Source: Candidatus Obscuribacterales bacterium (lineage in GTDB: Bacteria; Cyanobacteriota; Vampirovibrionia; Obscuribacterales; Obscuribacteraceae). From it: 64,000 nucleotides of DNA. This document shows, piece after piece, positions 38,689 to 49,356 of the stretch (position 1 is its first letter; each line of letters begins with the position of its first letter). The notes under the pieces are model-generated. The model was not told where the DNA came from. It did no database searches and saw only the letters and a program-made list of their open reading frames with translations. Where the stretch lies: NCBI GenBank assembly GCA_965228855.1, contig CBDDIJ010000005.1, forward strand, positions 544,001-608,000. The letters are read 5' to 3'. The position numbers were made by a program, and so were the translations under genes.

Positions 38689-39261
38689 ATGATGTTCTCT
38701 CACCCCCCCGCCGAACAAATTCGGAAAACTATCTCTGACTTTACTGAAGTACAGACTCCACCAGCCCAACACCACAAAGCATGCGCATGCTGCCAGCCAG
38801 CAAAAGCGAAATCAGATTTTAGTGATCTGAAAATGCTCGGTGTTGTCGTTTTCGCAGTGACACTAGTACTGGTGGCACTGAATGCGTATCAACGCGACAT
38901 GGTCAACAACGATCTCTCCCTCGGCAACAAGCAAAGCAATCTCGCAGAGGCTCCGGGAGGAAGTATCGCTGGTCCCGGCATGGGCAGCACTATCGGAGGC
39001 AGTATCGGCAGCAATATGACTGCGCAACAAACTGCCAACTGGGGACCTGGCGCGACTCAAGCAGCCGAGATGTCGTTCCCAACTAAAGCGCCAACCCAGC
39101 AAGGTGTAATGTATTACACGGCGCCGACACATCAGCAGTATGCAATGGTGCCGATGCACTCTATACGGCCGAGCGAGCCGACCATGCAAATCATGGCCGT
39201 TCCATTCGACAACGGAAAAGGCGCAATCGTTCACCGTTTAAAACGCGTTGTCGGTCGATAA
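38689..39261 (+). CDS. Single-TM hypothetical protein
   Basis: 190 aa; HHKACACC cluster before a TM helix; followed by a hairpin. Confidence 0.65.
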   Translation: MMFSHPPAEQIRKTISDFTEVQTPPAQHHKACACCQPAKAKSDFSDLKMLGVVVFAVTLVLVALNAYQRDMVNNDLSLGNKQSNLAEAPGGSIAGPGMGSTIGGSIGSNMTAQQTANWGPGATQAAEMSFPTKAPTQQGVMYYTAPTHQQYAMVPMHSIRPSEPTMQIMAVPFDNGKGAIVHRLKRVVGR

Positions 39262-39290
39262 GCAAACCAGGAAATCTGATAAACCACCAG

Positions 39291-39315
39291 AGGCGCGGCT
39301 CCAGGTCGCGCCTTT
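39291..39315 (+). terminator. Putative terminator hairpin
   Basis: AGGCGCGGC-loop-GTCGCGCCT followed by TT, about 30 nt after the stop codon; short U-tract. Confidence 0.5.
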
Positions 39316-39489
39316 ACCGCGCCTTCAGTATGAAAACGCGACGTTTGAGCGGACTACCGTGCGCTGGAGGTGACCCCTGTTCCGCCACCGCGCCCCATCT
39401 TCCGCACCGCGTCCTCTTCGTCACCGAGACCAACATAAGAAGTTTCCGCCAGGTGTATGTATCGCCGGTCGTGTGCAACCGCTGAATAC

Positions 39490-40065
39490 CTAAGCGACCA
39501 TCGAGCTTGCCACCGGTTTTCTGTTTGCAAAGGCATCGCCTGTGATACCAACGCCGCCGAGGACTTGACCGTAAGCATCTTTCAATTCGACCCAGCGAAT
39601 GTATGTTGGAGCTGTATCTCCATTTTGTGCGAAGAACTTCTTGGCGTTTGTTTCGAACGCTTCGTTCCGGCTGATTTCAAGCTTCATTCCGTTTGGTAAT
39701 TTTGCGGTGATGTCTTCAGCCAGGCTATCAGCCGCAGCCGCTCCACCAGCCTTGAGTTGGTGTTCGATTGCTGCGCGTAAAGTCTGACCTGCCATACTGT
39801 TAATGCTGAGGTTTCCGGAGGCGAGTTGACGTGCGGTGAAATCGACGACACGTCCACGAGCAGCCTGGGTTTCATCTACTAATTGAACAGGATGCACAGC
39901 GTCACTGACTCTAAGCGCTGCTCTGTTCTTCTCAAAAACTTGGTTTGCGTCTCTTTCGGTCATGTTCGGCATCAGATTGTTAGATGCCGTATCGCTACTT
40001 GTTCTACCCGAGCCATCATTGGCATCGTAAGTCGAACGGAACTCGATCCGCCCTGCTGCTACCAT
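39490..40065 (-). CDS. Hypothetical protein
   Basis: About 190-aa ORF; start taken at MVAAG; no recognised motif. Confidence 0.6.
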   Translation of the reverse strand: MVAAGRIEFRSTYDANDGSGRTSSDTASNNLMPNMTERDANQVFEKNRAALRVSDAVHPVQLVDETQAARGRVVDFTARQLASGNLSINSMAGQTLRAAIEHQLKAGGAAAADSLAEDITAKLPNGMKLEISRNEAFETNAKKFFAQNGDTAPTYIRWVELKDAYGQVLGGVGITGDAFANRKPVASSMVA

Positions 40066-40138
40066 ATTTGAATTCCCCATGCACAACTGAATACATGTAT
40101 ACGGGGAGCGGAATTTTTCCGACAACTTTCGATCGCGT

Positions 40139-41557
40139 TTAATCTAAATATCGAAAGGAACCACCGCCGCGCCATTGCAACAGTTTGGAAACGCCCGACT
40201 GTTCGCCATCTAAGACGTTCTGCATGCGACGCAAGGTGCAAGTACCGAAATGATCTCCGCTTTCGACTCCGATCCACCGCCGTTTCATCTTGTGTGAAAC
40301 AGCCGGAGCTGTTGCACTGCCAGAGAACAGATCGAGAACAAGGTCGCCCGGCTCAGTGCAAAGCGAAACTAATCGGAACAGCAGATGTTCGGGCTTCTTA
40401 CTGCGAGAAAACTCCACACCGCCCTCGTTGGCAAGGTCCGCCTTAGGTATTTCTCCATGAGACCAGAAATCCGTTAGCTTGTTGCGCTTCACGATACCGT
40501 CAGGCGTAAGCGCACTCGAATCCTTCAGCCAAGCACACAACTCCCCATTCCAATAGTAGAGGGTTTTCTGTTCGCCCTTGTATCGTCCACGAGCCGGCAC
40601 ATAATCAAGGCTGTAAAACTCATCCTTCTGCAATCGAGCGATCACGTCGTTCTGGAATGTATTTTCCTTCTGGACATTCTGCGTGCGAAAAATTTTCTCG
40701 AACGATTCCTTATATAGAGACTCAATCTCGTCTCGCCTCGATTCGAATTTGCGAATTGAAATGTTGTCGATGCGAACGCCACTGTGCTTGTAAAGTCGCG
40801 CGATCCCCGTTTGACCGGTTATCTCTGCGACCAGGTCGCGCTCTCCTTCATCGACCAGAACTTTGTTATAACGACGCATCACTTCTTTGTCGATTGGTCG
40901 CGTGTTGCCTACATCATTCAATTGGCGCTTGTCGAAACTATAAATCAACACGTATTCTTTCGTATTTAGAATCGCACCGCTTTGTCCGAGGCCTGCGCTT
41001 CCCGAACGCTCGTACGCGATGCAGGCAACAAAATACTTCTCGCCGACCACTTCATCCATCAAAATCCGAAGGTAGGGCATCTCCGAGTCATCGATGCTGG
41101 CGCATATTGATCCGTTTTCAGCAAGCATCGGCAGCACAAGTTGCAAGCGCAAGCGCATCATCGCCAACCACTCAGCTCGCTCAAACTTATCGTTGTACGA
41201 ACGCAGTTTGTAGCCTGTGTTGTAGGGCGGATCTAAATAGAGAAACCGCACTTGTCCTTGTAATACTTGCGAATAAGAACGCAAGAATCGTTCATTATCG
41301 TCGTGAACCAGAACTCCGCAAGCCTCCGACGGTCCGGTCCCATTCGCCACCATATCCGATGGCACGGCTAACCGTCCGCCTCGCGCATCGACGAGCGAGG
41401 TAAATAGAGCCCAGCCTGATGACGATTTGCCAGATTCCGACGCAAGGTGCGTTGGGTTCATGTTTTGAACGCTGCCAACCTCATCAGTGATACCGTTCAC
41501 GTTCTGAACGTCATCTCTGACCGCGTCGTCATCTATTGGAGCTGAGTTGGAGCGCAT
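40139..41557 (-). CDS. Site-specific DNA amino-methyltransferase, beta class (type III Mod-like), apparently orphan
   Basis: YLDPPYNTG motif IV, SIDDSE, KKPEHLL, LVLDLFSGSATA motif I, W.GGG.F.Y at the end. Confidence 0.9.
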   Translation of the reverse strand: MRSNSAPIDDDAVRDDVQNVNGITDEVGSVQNMNPTHLASESGKSSSGWALFTSLVDARGGRLAVPSDMVANGTGPSEACGVLVHDDNERFLRSYSQVLQGQVRFLYLDPPYNTGYKLRSYNDKFERAEWLAMMRLRLQLVLPMLAENGSICASIDDSEMPYLRILMDEVVGEKYFVACIAYERSGSAGLGQSGAILNTKEYVLIYSFDKRQLNDVGNTRPIDKEVMRRYNKVLVDEGERDLVAEITGQTGIARLYKHSGVRIDNISIRKFESRRDEIESLYKESFEKIFRTQNVQKENTFQNDVIARLQKDEFYSLDYVPARGRYKGEQKTLYYWNGELCAWLKDSSALTPDGIVKRNKLTDFWSHGEIPKADLANEGGVEFSRSKKPEHLLFRLVSLCTEPGDLVLDLFSGSATAPAVSHKMKRRWIGVESGDHFGTCTLRRMQNVLDGEQSGVSKLLQWRGGGSFRYLD

Positions 41558-41575
41558 TCGATGCTCCTTGCGACT

Positions 41576-43006
41576 TTAGAAATCGGCAGTTTTGGGTGCG
41601 CGTGGAAACGGTATTACGTCTCGAATGTTGCCCATGCCGGTGACGAATTGAACAGTTCTTTCAAGACCGAGCCCGAATCCTGCATGCGGAACAGTTCCGA
41701 ATTTACGGAGGTCCAGATACCACCAGTATTCTTCCGGATCGAGGTCGCAAGCTTTCATTCGCTCGATAAGGACATCGAGACGCTCCTCTCTCTGACTGCC
41801 GCCGATGATTTCGCCGACTTTCGGAACAAGAACATCCATCGCGCGAACGGTTTTACCATCATCATTCAGGCGCATGTAGAACGCCTTGATGTCTTTTGGA
41901 TAATCGTAAACGATAACCGGCTTCTTGAACTTCTTCTCAGTCAGATAGCGCTCGTGCTCCGACTGGAGATCGATTCCCCAGCTCACCGGGAACTCGAATT
42001 TCTCACCGCACTTCAGCAGAATGTCGACTGCCTCAGTGTACGAAATTCGCACGAAGTCACTGTCGACGATATGCTTCAGAGTCTCGAGCACGGTCTTATC
42101 AATGCGCTCGTTGAAGAATTCCATATCGCTTCCGCAGTTCGTCATGACGTCATTGAAGATCGTCTTCAAGAAATCCTCGGCACACTGCATATCACCTTCC
42201 AGATCGCAGAACGCCATCTCCGGCTCGACCATCCAAAACTCCGCCAGGTGGCGCGAGGTGTTCGAATTCTCAGCCCGGAAGGTCGGACCGAATGTATAAA
42301 CATTCGTGAGGGCAGTAGCGTAAATCTCAGCTTCCAACTGCCCGCTCACAGTGAGGTGAGTGGCACGTCCGAAGAAATCCTGCTCGAAGTCGATGTCGCC
42401 TTTTGCACCGCCCTCGCCGCTGATACGCGGAACGTCCTTAAGATCGAAGGTCGTCACATTGAACATTTGACCAGCGCCTTCGCAGTCAGATGCCGTGATG
42501 ATAGGAGTGTTGATGTAGAGGAACCCACGCGACTGGAAAAAATTATGGATTGAACGGCAAATTTCATTTCTCACCCGAGCGACCGCACCAAAGGTGTTTG
42601 TACGCGGGCGCAGATGAGCTATGCTCCTGAGAAATTCCATCGACGTTCCCTTCTTTTGAAGCGGATACGTTTGCGGGTCAGCATAGCCAAGCACTTTGAC
42701 AGACTCCGCTTTAACCTCGGTCGTCTGTCCTTTGCCAGGAGATTCGACTACGTCACCAATCACCTCGATGCTGCTGCCGATGCCGAGCTTCAAGACTTCG
42801 CTCTCATAGTTCGACAACGCGGCTTCGGCAAGAACCTGAACGCTCTTCATGCAAGAGCCGTCGTTCAATTCGATAAATGAAAAACCGCCTTTAGAGTCTC
42901 GCCGTGTTCTCACCCAACCGGCTAGTTTCACTTTCTTGCCGATGTACTCGGTTTGCAGAACCTGATGGACGCGGGTTTGTTTCATCGTTTCCACACTTGT
43001 GGTCAT
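41576..43006 (-). CDS. asnS: Asparagine--tRNA ligase
   Basis: [62 protein letters not shown]. Confidence 0.97.
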   Translation of the reverse strand: MTTSVETMKQTRVHQVLQTEYIGKKVKLAGWVRTRRDSKGGFSFIELNDGSCMKSVQVLAEAALSNYESEVLKLGIGSSIEVIGDVVESPGKGQTTEVKAESVKVLGYADPQTYPLQKKGTSMEFLRSIAHLRPRTNTFGAVARVRNEICRSIHNFFQSRGFLYINTPIITASDCEGAGQMFNVTTFDLKDVPRISGEGGAKGDIDFEQDFFGRATHLTVSGQLEAEIYATALTNVYTFGPTFRAENSNTSRHLAEFWMVEPEMAFCDLEGDMQCAEDFLKTIFNDVMTNCGSDMEFFNERIDKTVLETLKHIVDSDFVRISYTEAVDILLKCGEKFEFPVSWGIDLQSEHERYLTEKKFKKPVIVYDYPKDIKAFYMRLNDDGKTVRAMDVLVPKVGEIIGGSQREERLDVLIERMKACDLDPEEYWWYLDLRKFGTVPHAGFGLGLERTVQFVTGMGNIRDVIPFPRAPKTADF

Positions 43007-43049
43007 ATTTTTCGACTCCTGAATCAAAGTGTTTTCGGCTGGCCCTAAA

Positions 43050-43685
43050 TTAACGCTTGCGAATGAAGAAGACTCCGTCGCGCACCGTCAGTAATACCTT
43101 ATCGACGCGCTCATCTTTAGAAACGCGCTCGTTGAAAGCGTTGATCGCCTTATCGTCATCGGTCTTGGGTTCGAGCACGGCGCCGCTCCAGAGAACATTG
43201 TCGACAAGTATGACGCCTCCGCTTCTTACCTTTGGAAGAAGCGCTTCGTAGTAGTTTAGATAGTTTCCCTTGTCCGCATCTATGAAACAAAGGTCAATCG
43301 GGCCCTCGATTTTCGCGATCGATTCAAGCGCGGGACCTTCGATGATTTCAATCTTTTTGCCATGCTCGCTCTTCGCGAAATATTTGCGGGCAAGAGCCAA
43401 ACAAGTTGGATTGATATCGAGCGTGGTCAGTTTACCGTCGGACGGCAGACCTTCGGCGAGGTTTAAAGAGCCATAGCCGGTAAACGTACCGACCTCCACC
43501 ACACGCTTGGCGCCAACGACTCGCACCATCATCTTGAGAAACTGACCTTCGATAGGTCCGGTCAGCATCTGCGGATAGTCCATTGATGCGTGCGTTTCAT
43601 TCATCAGTTCATCAAGAACCGCATCGTGCTTCTCGGTTTTTCCCAGGGCATACTCTTCGATGCCCGGCTTAGTGAGCGTCAGCAT
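43050..43685 (-). CDS. Class I O-methyltransferase (caffeoyl-CoA OMT/Methyltransf_3 family)
   Basis: [30 protein letters not shown]. Confidence 0.92.
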   Translation of the reverse strand: MLTLTKPGIEEYALGKTEKHDAVLDELMNETHASMDYPQMLTGPIEGQFLKMMVRVVGAKRVVEVGTFTGYGSLNLAEGLPSDGKLTTLDINPTCLALARKYFAKSEHGKKIEIIEGPALESIAKIEGPIDLCFIDADKGNYLNYYEALLPKVRSGGVILVDNVLWSGAVLEPKTDDDKAINAFNERVSKDERVDKVLLTVRDGVFFIRKR

Positions 43686-43832
43686 GGCTCGTCACCTCCA
43701 TTGATTCAAAGATTTATATCAGATAAGCAGTGGAAACAGCCTTAACTCTCGGTTTTCTTAAACCTCCCACTTGCCAATCCCGAAGAGATGTAAACCTGGC
43801 TATAGCAGGTTTTCAGCCTATATGGTATTTTC

Positions 43833-43852
43833 TTGACTGACGAGTCAGTAAA
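43833..43852. promoter_or_regulatory. Palindromic operator upstream of the TetR gene
   Basis: TTGACTGAC-GA-GTCAGTAAA (one mismatch), 16 nt before the TetR start. Confidence 0.65.
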
Positions 43853-43868
43853 TTAATCCGAGGTAAGT

Positions 43869-44531
43869 TTGACAAATACGCTCAACAAACGAGGACCGGG
43901 GCGCCCACGCAATCTTGAACTGACCAGCCAGCGTCAGGAGGAAATACTCGCGACTGCGACCGAGGTTTTCGCGGACAGAGGTTACGCCAGCACCGATGTT
44001 CAAGAAATAGCTGACCGCCTCGGTATCGCCAAAGGAACGGTATATCACTACTTCCCGAGCAAGGAGCAGTTATTTCTTGCGTCCGTTGATCGTGGAATGG
44101 CAGGCTTGAGCAGAGCCATTAACGAAGGATTCGACCCGAAAACCGATCCGATTAAACAGATTGCTCAGGCTATTCGAGCCTTCCTTCAATACTTCGACAC
44201 GAACACCGATGTAATTGAGTTGATTGTGCAAGAACGCGCTGAGTTTCGCGATCGCAAAAAGCCTACATATCTGGAACACAGAGAACGCAACGTGCGCCCA
44301 TGGAATGAGCTTTTTGAAACTCTCTCACTCAATGGCCGGTTCAAACCAATCAATGCCGAGCAAGTCACTCAGACAATCAGTAATCTGTTGTACGGAACAA
44401 TTTTCACAACCTATTTCGCGCGACACGGCCAATCATTCGAGTCGTTGTCGAACCAGGTACTCAAGCTCGTCTTCGCAGGCATCTTGAGCGAATCGGAGAT
44501 GGCCAACATCGACAAATATTTGGAAGTTTGA
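43869..44531 (+). CDS. TetR/AcrR family transcriptional regulator
   Basis: GRPR, ILATATEVFADRGY..T.VQEIADRLGIAKGTVYHYFPSKEQLF HTH. Confidence 0.95.
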   Translation: MTNTLNKRGPGRPRNLELTSQRQEEILATATEVFADRGYASTDVQEIADRLGIAKGTVYHYFPSKEQLFLASVDRGMAGLSRAINEGFDPKTDPIKQIAQAIRAFLQYFDTNTDVIELIVQERAEFRDRKKPTYLEHRERNVRPWNELFETLSLNGRFKPINAEQVTQTISNLLYGTIFTTYFARHGQSFESLSNQVLKLVFAGILSESEMANIDKYLEV

Positions 44532-44581
44532 TTGAAGTAAATTCTTAAATTGGAAACATTATAGAGGCGTTAAGGAAGCAA

Positions 44582-46117
44582 ATGGTTCAGCAAATACCAC
44601 GAACTGATGAAACAGATAACAAGACAGTCAAACACGGCATGGAGTCTCAAATGTCAAGTTTCGGCAAGAAAAACTGGAAGCTAATCGCAATTGTGATTTC
44701 GCTTCTAGCTTGCACCGCTCTCGGTATCAGAATTTTTCAAAACTTTTCCAAACCGATCAAAGATGATGGCGACGAAGCCGTACTGACCGTCACTGTCGAA
44801 GATGCCAGTCAAAAAGAAATACACCAGACGCTGAAACTGGCCGGCACCGTCTGGGCTTGGGACCCTCTGACCATCGGAGCCGAAGTCGGCGGACTGAGAA
44901 TAGATGAGGTTGCAGTCGAAGAAGGTGACGTCGTTAAGAAAGGACAGGTTCTCGCCAGGCTCAATTCATCTGTGATTCGCGCACAGCTTGAAAAGGAACG
45001 AGCCCGGCTTCAACACGCCAGAATCAATCTGGAAAAAACAAAACAACCGAACCGTCCAATGGATATAAACAGAATCAAAGCAATCGTGGCACAGGCAACC
45101 GCCATCGTTTCACAAGAGGAATCAAACGTCGTCAGGGCGCAAGCCAACTTGAGAAACGCGAAGCTGTCATCGGCCAGATACAAGATCTTGAAAAAGGACG
45201 GAGCTGTTTCAACCGAGGATTTGGATAATAAGGAAACAGCAGCAGCAACAGCTGAAGCGGATTATCGCAACGCGCTTCAAAAACTGGAAGCAGCACGTTT
45301 TGCAAAAACTCAAGCCACTGAAAACTTGAAACTTGCGCTGGAAGGCGGCATGCAACACGACATCGATATGGCTTCCGTCGACATTTTAGAAACGGAAGCG
45401 AGCGTTAAACAGCTCGAAGCGCAGGTCGCGCAGACTATAATCAAGGCGCCAGCCAGCGGATTAATTACAAAACGACTCGCACACATCGGCGACGTTACCA
45501 TGGCAAACGAAGACCTCTTCCAAATGGTAAGAGATAATCGATTCGAGGTCCGCGCCCAGGTACCCGATCAAGATTTGCATCGTCTCAAAAGCGGACAAAT
45601 AGTTCATTTTCAAGGCGCCGCCGGCGAAGTTATGAACGGTAAAATCCGAGAAATTAGCCCTCTTGTCGACTCGGACTCACGACTGGCAACAGTTCGCATC
45701 GACATACCGTACGACCCGCAAAGCGGCTGGAGAGCAGGTATGTTTGTCAGCGGCAAAGTCGATCTCGGCGCGGTCCGAGCACTCGTAGTGCCGGCGCCTT
45801 CCGTCGTCGACAAAGACGGCCGCAAAATTGTTTACGTGCTGGATAAAAAGCGAGTCTATTCCAGAGAGGTTAAGACCGGCGAGCGCTCCGGCGAATTCGT
45901 CGAAATTGAATCCGGTTTGAAACCGGGAGAAAAAGTTGTCACTACAGGTAGTGGCTTCTTGAAAGACGGAGATCATGTGCGGATTGGCGAACACCAGGCG
46001 CCCAGACCGGGAACGAAAAACGCTCAATCAGCTGTTTCCAATGATAATGATTCTCCGAGTCAAGTCTCCAGCGTCAGGGAGTCACACCAAGCCAACGGAG
46101 AAACAGTCAGCAGATGA
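44582..46117 (+). CDS. RND efflux periplasmic adaptor (MFP) subunit
   Basis: N-terminal TM, VEEGDVVKKGQVLARL, long coiled coil, IKAPASG, GLKPGEKVVT.G. Confidence 0.92.
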   Translation: MVQQIPRTDETDNKTVKHGMESQMSSFGKKNWKLIAIVISLLACTALGIRIFQNFSKPIKDDGDEAVLTVTVEDASQKEIHQTLKLAGTVWAWDPLTIGAEVGGLRIDEVAVEEGDVVKKGQVLARLNSSVIRAQLEKERARLQHARINLEKTKQPNRPMDINRIKAIVAQATAIVSQEESNVVRAQANLRNAKLSSARYKILKKDGAVSTEDLDNKETAAATAEADYRNALQKLEAARFAKTQATENLKLALEGGMQHDIDMASVDILETEASVKQLEAQVAQTIIKAPASGLITKRLAHIGDVTMANEDLFQMVRDNRFEVRAQVPDQDLHRLKSGQIVHFQGAAGEVMNGKIREISPLVDSDSRLATVRIDIPYDPQSGWRAGMFVSGKVDLGAVRALVVPAPSVVDKDGRKIVYVLDKKRVYSREVKTGERSGEFVEIESGLKPGEKVVTTGSGFLKDGDHVRIGEHQAPRPGTKNAQSAVSNDNDSPSQVSSVRESHQANGETVSR

Positions 46118-49100
46118 ATCTCCGTTATATCTCAGCATGGTCCATTAAGAACCCGGTGCCTGTGCTGGTTCTCTTCCTGGTACTTACGGTCGCGGGTCTG
46201 ACGTGCTTCTTCGGATTAGGCATCGACGAATCGCCGAATATCGACGTCCCGATTGTTTCCATCACGGTCAACCAGGTCGGAGCAGCCCCTCCTGAGCTGG
46301 AATCGCAGGTAACCAGAAAAATCGAAGATGCGGTAGCCGGCATCGGTAACGTCAAACACATAGTCTCCAAAGTCAATGAAGGCGTTTCTGCAACAACTAT
46401 CGAGTTTGAACTCGAAACCGACGTAGACCGCGCCGTCAACGACGTTCGCAATGAAGTTTCGAAAATTAGAACGCAACTGCCGCCCGGAATTGATGAACCC
46501 ATTGTTCAAAGGCTCGACTTCGTCGGCGGTCCCTTCGTGACCTATTCGGTCTCTTCGGACAGGCGTGGAGTAGAAGAACTCAGCTGGATTACGGACAACG
46601 AGATTTCGCGCGCATTGCTCGGCATCAAAGGGGTCGGTCAGGTCGAAAGAGCCGGCGGTGTGGACCGAGAAATTCGCGTCAACCTGGATCCAGCAAGGCT
46701 GGAGTCACTGGGCATTACGGCGGACATGGTCAGCACCCAGGTTCGCGGCGTCAACACGAACCTCCCCGGCGGTCGCGGCGAAGTCGGCGCTCAGGAAGAG
46801 TCCGTCAGGACGCTGGGAAGCGCCCCCTCGGCAGAAAAGCTGGCAGCTACGAGGATTGCCCTGCCTAGAGGTAGATGGGCAAGACTGGACACGCTCGGCA
46901 AGGTTAGCGACTCTTCGACCGACCAGCGCCAGCTTGCCATGATTGATAACAAGCCGGTTATCTCGTTTTCCATCGTCCGCAGCTCCGGCGCCAATATGGT
47001 GACGGTAGAGGAAGCCGTAGACGAAAAGTTGGAGGCGCTAGAGAAATCACTTCCACCCGATATAAAAATCAAGAAGATAAGAAGTCAAACCATTTTCGTG
47101 CACATGTCCTACCATGCCGCTCTCGACTCTCTTTTGATAGGCGGCGGACTTGCGGTTTTGGTAGTGTGGCTCTTCTTAAAGGACTGGCGGTCCGCAGTTA
47201 TTTCATCACTGGCAATGCCACTATCTCTGATACCGACTTTTGCCGTCATGAAAGTAGCCGGTTTTACGATGAACAATATGTCACTCCTTGGGCTGGCGCT
47301 CGTTATCGGTGTTCTGGTGGATGATGCGATTGTTGAAATCGAAAACATCGTCCGCCACATGAGCATGGGCAAAAAACCATTTCAGGCCGCATTCGACGCC
47401 GCAGACGAAATCGGTCTTGCCGTCGTGGCTACGACAATGACGATTATCGTCGTCTTCGTACCCGTCGCATTCATGGGCGGTATTCCCGGAAAATTCCTCT
47501 GGCAATTCGGCTTGACCGTCGCCGCAGCAGTTTTCTTTTCGTTGGTTGTCGCGCGCATGCTGACACCATTGATGGCGGCATATTTACTCACTCCCGTTAA
47601 GGAAACGCATGGAAATGCGGCCGCTCTGCGAGCTTACAACCGAATACTGATCTGGTCGTTGAACAACAGATGGAAGACAGTAGCAGTGGGAGTCGCATTT
47701 TTCGCGCTCAGCATAGTTCTCTTCCGCATGATGCCTACGTCGGTTATAGGCAACATCGACCGAGGCGAAAGCATGCTCATCGTCGAGATGCCGCCCGGAA
47801 CACAGCTCGCCGACACTGAACGAGCCGTGAAACATCTGACCAATCTTTGTCTAAAAGATAAAAACGTGCAATCAGTTTTTTCACAAATCGGGTCCGGCAT
47901 GGCTGCAAACCGTCGCAGCGCCGCGACAGCGGGTGAAGTCAACAAAGGCACACTCTACATCTCGTTAAAACCGCGCGACAAACGTCAACTTTCCCAACAA
48001 GACTTTGAAGCTGAAATTAGAGGCAAACTGCTTGACGTACCCGGAGCCAGACTGAGTTTTGAAGCACGCGGCGGCATAACCGGAAAGTTAAAACTGATTC
48101 TGGTCGGCAACGACACATCCGTATTGCGACACTACACGGAAAAACTGACCGATGAGATGCGAGGCATCGCCGGCATCAACGATATAGTCTCGACTGCAGC
48201 TTTGGAACGACCGGAGATTCAGGTGTATCCCAACTTCGATCGAGCCTCCGAACAGGGCATCTCAGTCGAATCAATAGCACGAACAGCCTTGATTGCCACC
48301 CTTGGTGATATCGACCGAAATCTTCCGAAATTCAATCTGCCTGAGCGCCAGATCAATATACGCGTGCAAATTGATCCGAAGTATCGAGAAGACGTTCACA
48401 CTGTAAAGAACCTGAGAGTCGCCGCAGCTGATGGCAGTTTAGTACCACTGGTTTCGGTTGCCGACATCAAATTCGCATCCGGTGAAGCTCAAATCGACCG
48501 CTACGATCGATACCGTCAAGTCACTATCGACGCCAGTCTCGCCAATGGCTTGCCCCTGGGCGAGGCGTTAAAAAAAGTGCAAGCCTTGCCGTCGTGGAAA
48601 GAAATGCCGAAAACGGTACGCAATATTCCAGCCGGTGACGTCGAAATCCAAAAGGATATCTTCGGTGGTTTCGCATGGGCCCTGACCGTCGGCGTCCTGC
48701 TTATCTATGGAGTCCTCGCCTTACTCTTCGGCGGCTTCTTGCACCCACTCACGATCATGATGTCACTGCCTCTGGCGTTGGGCGGCGCATTAATCGCCCT
48801 TTGTATCACCGGCGACTCACTCGGATTTTACGCACTGATTGGAATCGTGATGTTGATGGGTCTGGTGACTAAGAACGCAATCTTGCTCGTCGAATATTGC
48901 TTGATGGCAATGCACGCAGGCAAAGATCGTTTAACCGCCATTATGGAGGCGGGAGAGGCTCGTATGAGACCCATCCTTATGACGACGGTCGCCATGGTCG
49001 CGGGGATGTTACCGATCGCTATTCGCATAGGCGCAGGTTCCGAAGCGCGAGCGCCGATGGCAATTGCCGTTATTGGCGGTTTGATTACATCAACGCTCTT

Positions 49101-49344
49101 GACTCTCGTTGTCATTCCTGTCGTTTTCACTCTGATTGACGACGCACAAAACTGGCTACGCAAGCTGTTTGTCAAGCTCAATCTCAATAGCGCTGACGAA
49201 CTTGACGAGTCGTCAATGAATGCGGCTGAGAGCCCCAGACCTCAATACGGAAATAATGCCGGCACCACAGCTAGTGGCAGCCAGCACAGTGAAAACCAGC
49301 AGCGTGAAACTGCAGAGCCTCAAACATCGGTGTCGCGCCACTAG
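46114..49344 (+). CDS. RND efflux permease (AcrB/AcrD/AcrF family)
   Basis: GVLVDDAIVEIENI, KNAILLVE, RMRPILMTT; ATGA overlap with the MFP gene. Confidence 0.95.
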   Translation: MNLRYISAWSIKNPVPVLVLFLVLTVAGLTCFFGLGIDESPNIDVPIVSITVNQVGAAPPELESQVTRKIEDAVAGIGNVKHIVSKVNEGVSATTIEFELETDVDRAVNDVRNEVSKIRTQLPPGIDEPIVQRLDFVGGPFVTYSVSSDRRGVEELSWITDNEISRALLGIKGVGQVERAGGVDREIRVNLDPARLESLGITADMVSTQVRGVNTNLPGGRGEVGAQEESVRTLGSAPSAEKLAATRIALPRGRWARLDTLGKVSDSSTDQRQLAMIDNKPVISFSIVRSSGANMVTVEEAVDEKLEALEKSLPPDIKIKKIRSQTIFVHMSYHAALDSLLIGGGLAVLVVWLFLKDWRSAVISSLAMPLSLIPTFAVMKVAGFTMNNMSLLGLALVIGVLVDDAIVEIENIVRHMSMGKKPFQAAFDAADEIGLAVVATTMTIIVVFVPVAFMGGIPGKFLWQFGLTVAAAVFFSLVVARMLTPLMAAYLLTPVKETHGNAAALRAYNRILIWSLNNRWKTVAVGVAFFALSIVLFRMMPTSVIGNIDRGESMLIVEMPPGTQLADTERAVKHLTNLCLKDKNVQSVFSQIGSGMAANRRSAATAGEVNKGTLYISLKPRDKRQLSQQDFEAEIRGKLLDVPGARLSFEARGGITGKLKLILVGNDTSVLRHYTEKLTDEMRGIAGINDIVSTAALERPEIQVYPNFDRASEQGISVESIARTALIATLGDIDRNLPKFNLPERQINIRVQIDPKYREDVHTVKNLRVAAADGSLVPLVSVADIKFASGEAQIDRYDRYRQVTIDASLANGLPLGEALKKVQALPSWKEMPKTVRNIPAGDVEIQKDIFGGFAWALTVGVLLIYGVLALLFGGFLHPLTIMMSLPLALGGALIALCITGDSLGFYALIGIVMLMGLVTKNAILLVEYCLMAMHAGKDRLTAIMEAGEARMRPILMTTVAMVAGMLPIAIRIGAGSEARAPMAIAVIGGLITSTLLTLVVIPVVFTLIDDAQNWLRKLFVKLNLNSADELDESSMNAAESPRPQYGNNAGTTASGSQHSENQQRETAEPQTSVSRH

Positions 49345-49356
49345 GCACGCCACAGA

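Noticed and set aside
39354..39578. 74-aa minus-strand ORF
   Set aside because: Overlaps the 3' end of the 39490 gene in another frame, has no clear RBS and no recognisable motif
39490..41557. Complete restriction-modification or defence island
   Set aside because: The gene downstream of the methylase shows no nuclease or helicase motifs, and no other defence or mobility genes are nearby
41561..42553. 330-aa + strand ORF
   Set aside because: Antisense shadow of asnS; no motifs of its own
11289..43685. Four different SAM methyltransferases as one biosynthetic cluster
   Set aside because: They are scattered over 32 kb in unrelated transcription units and belong to unrelated families
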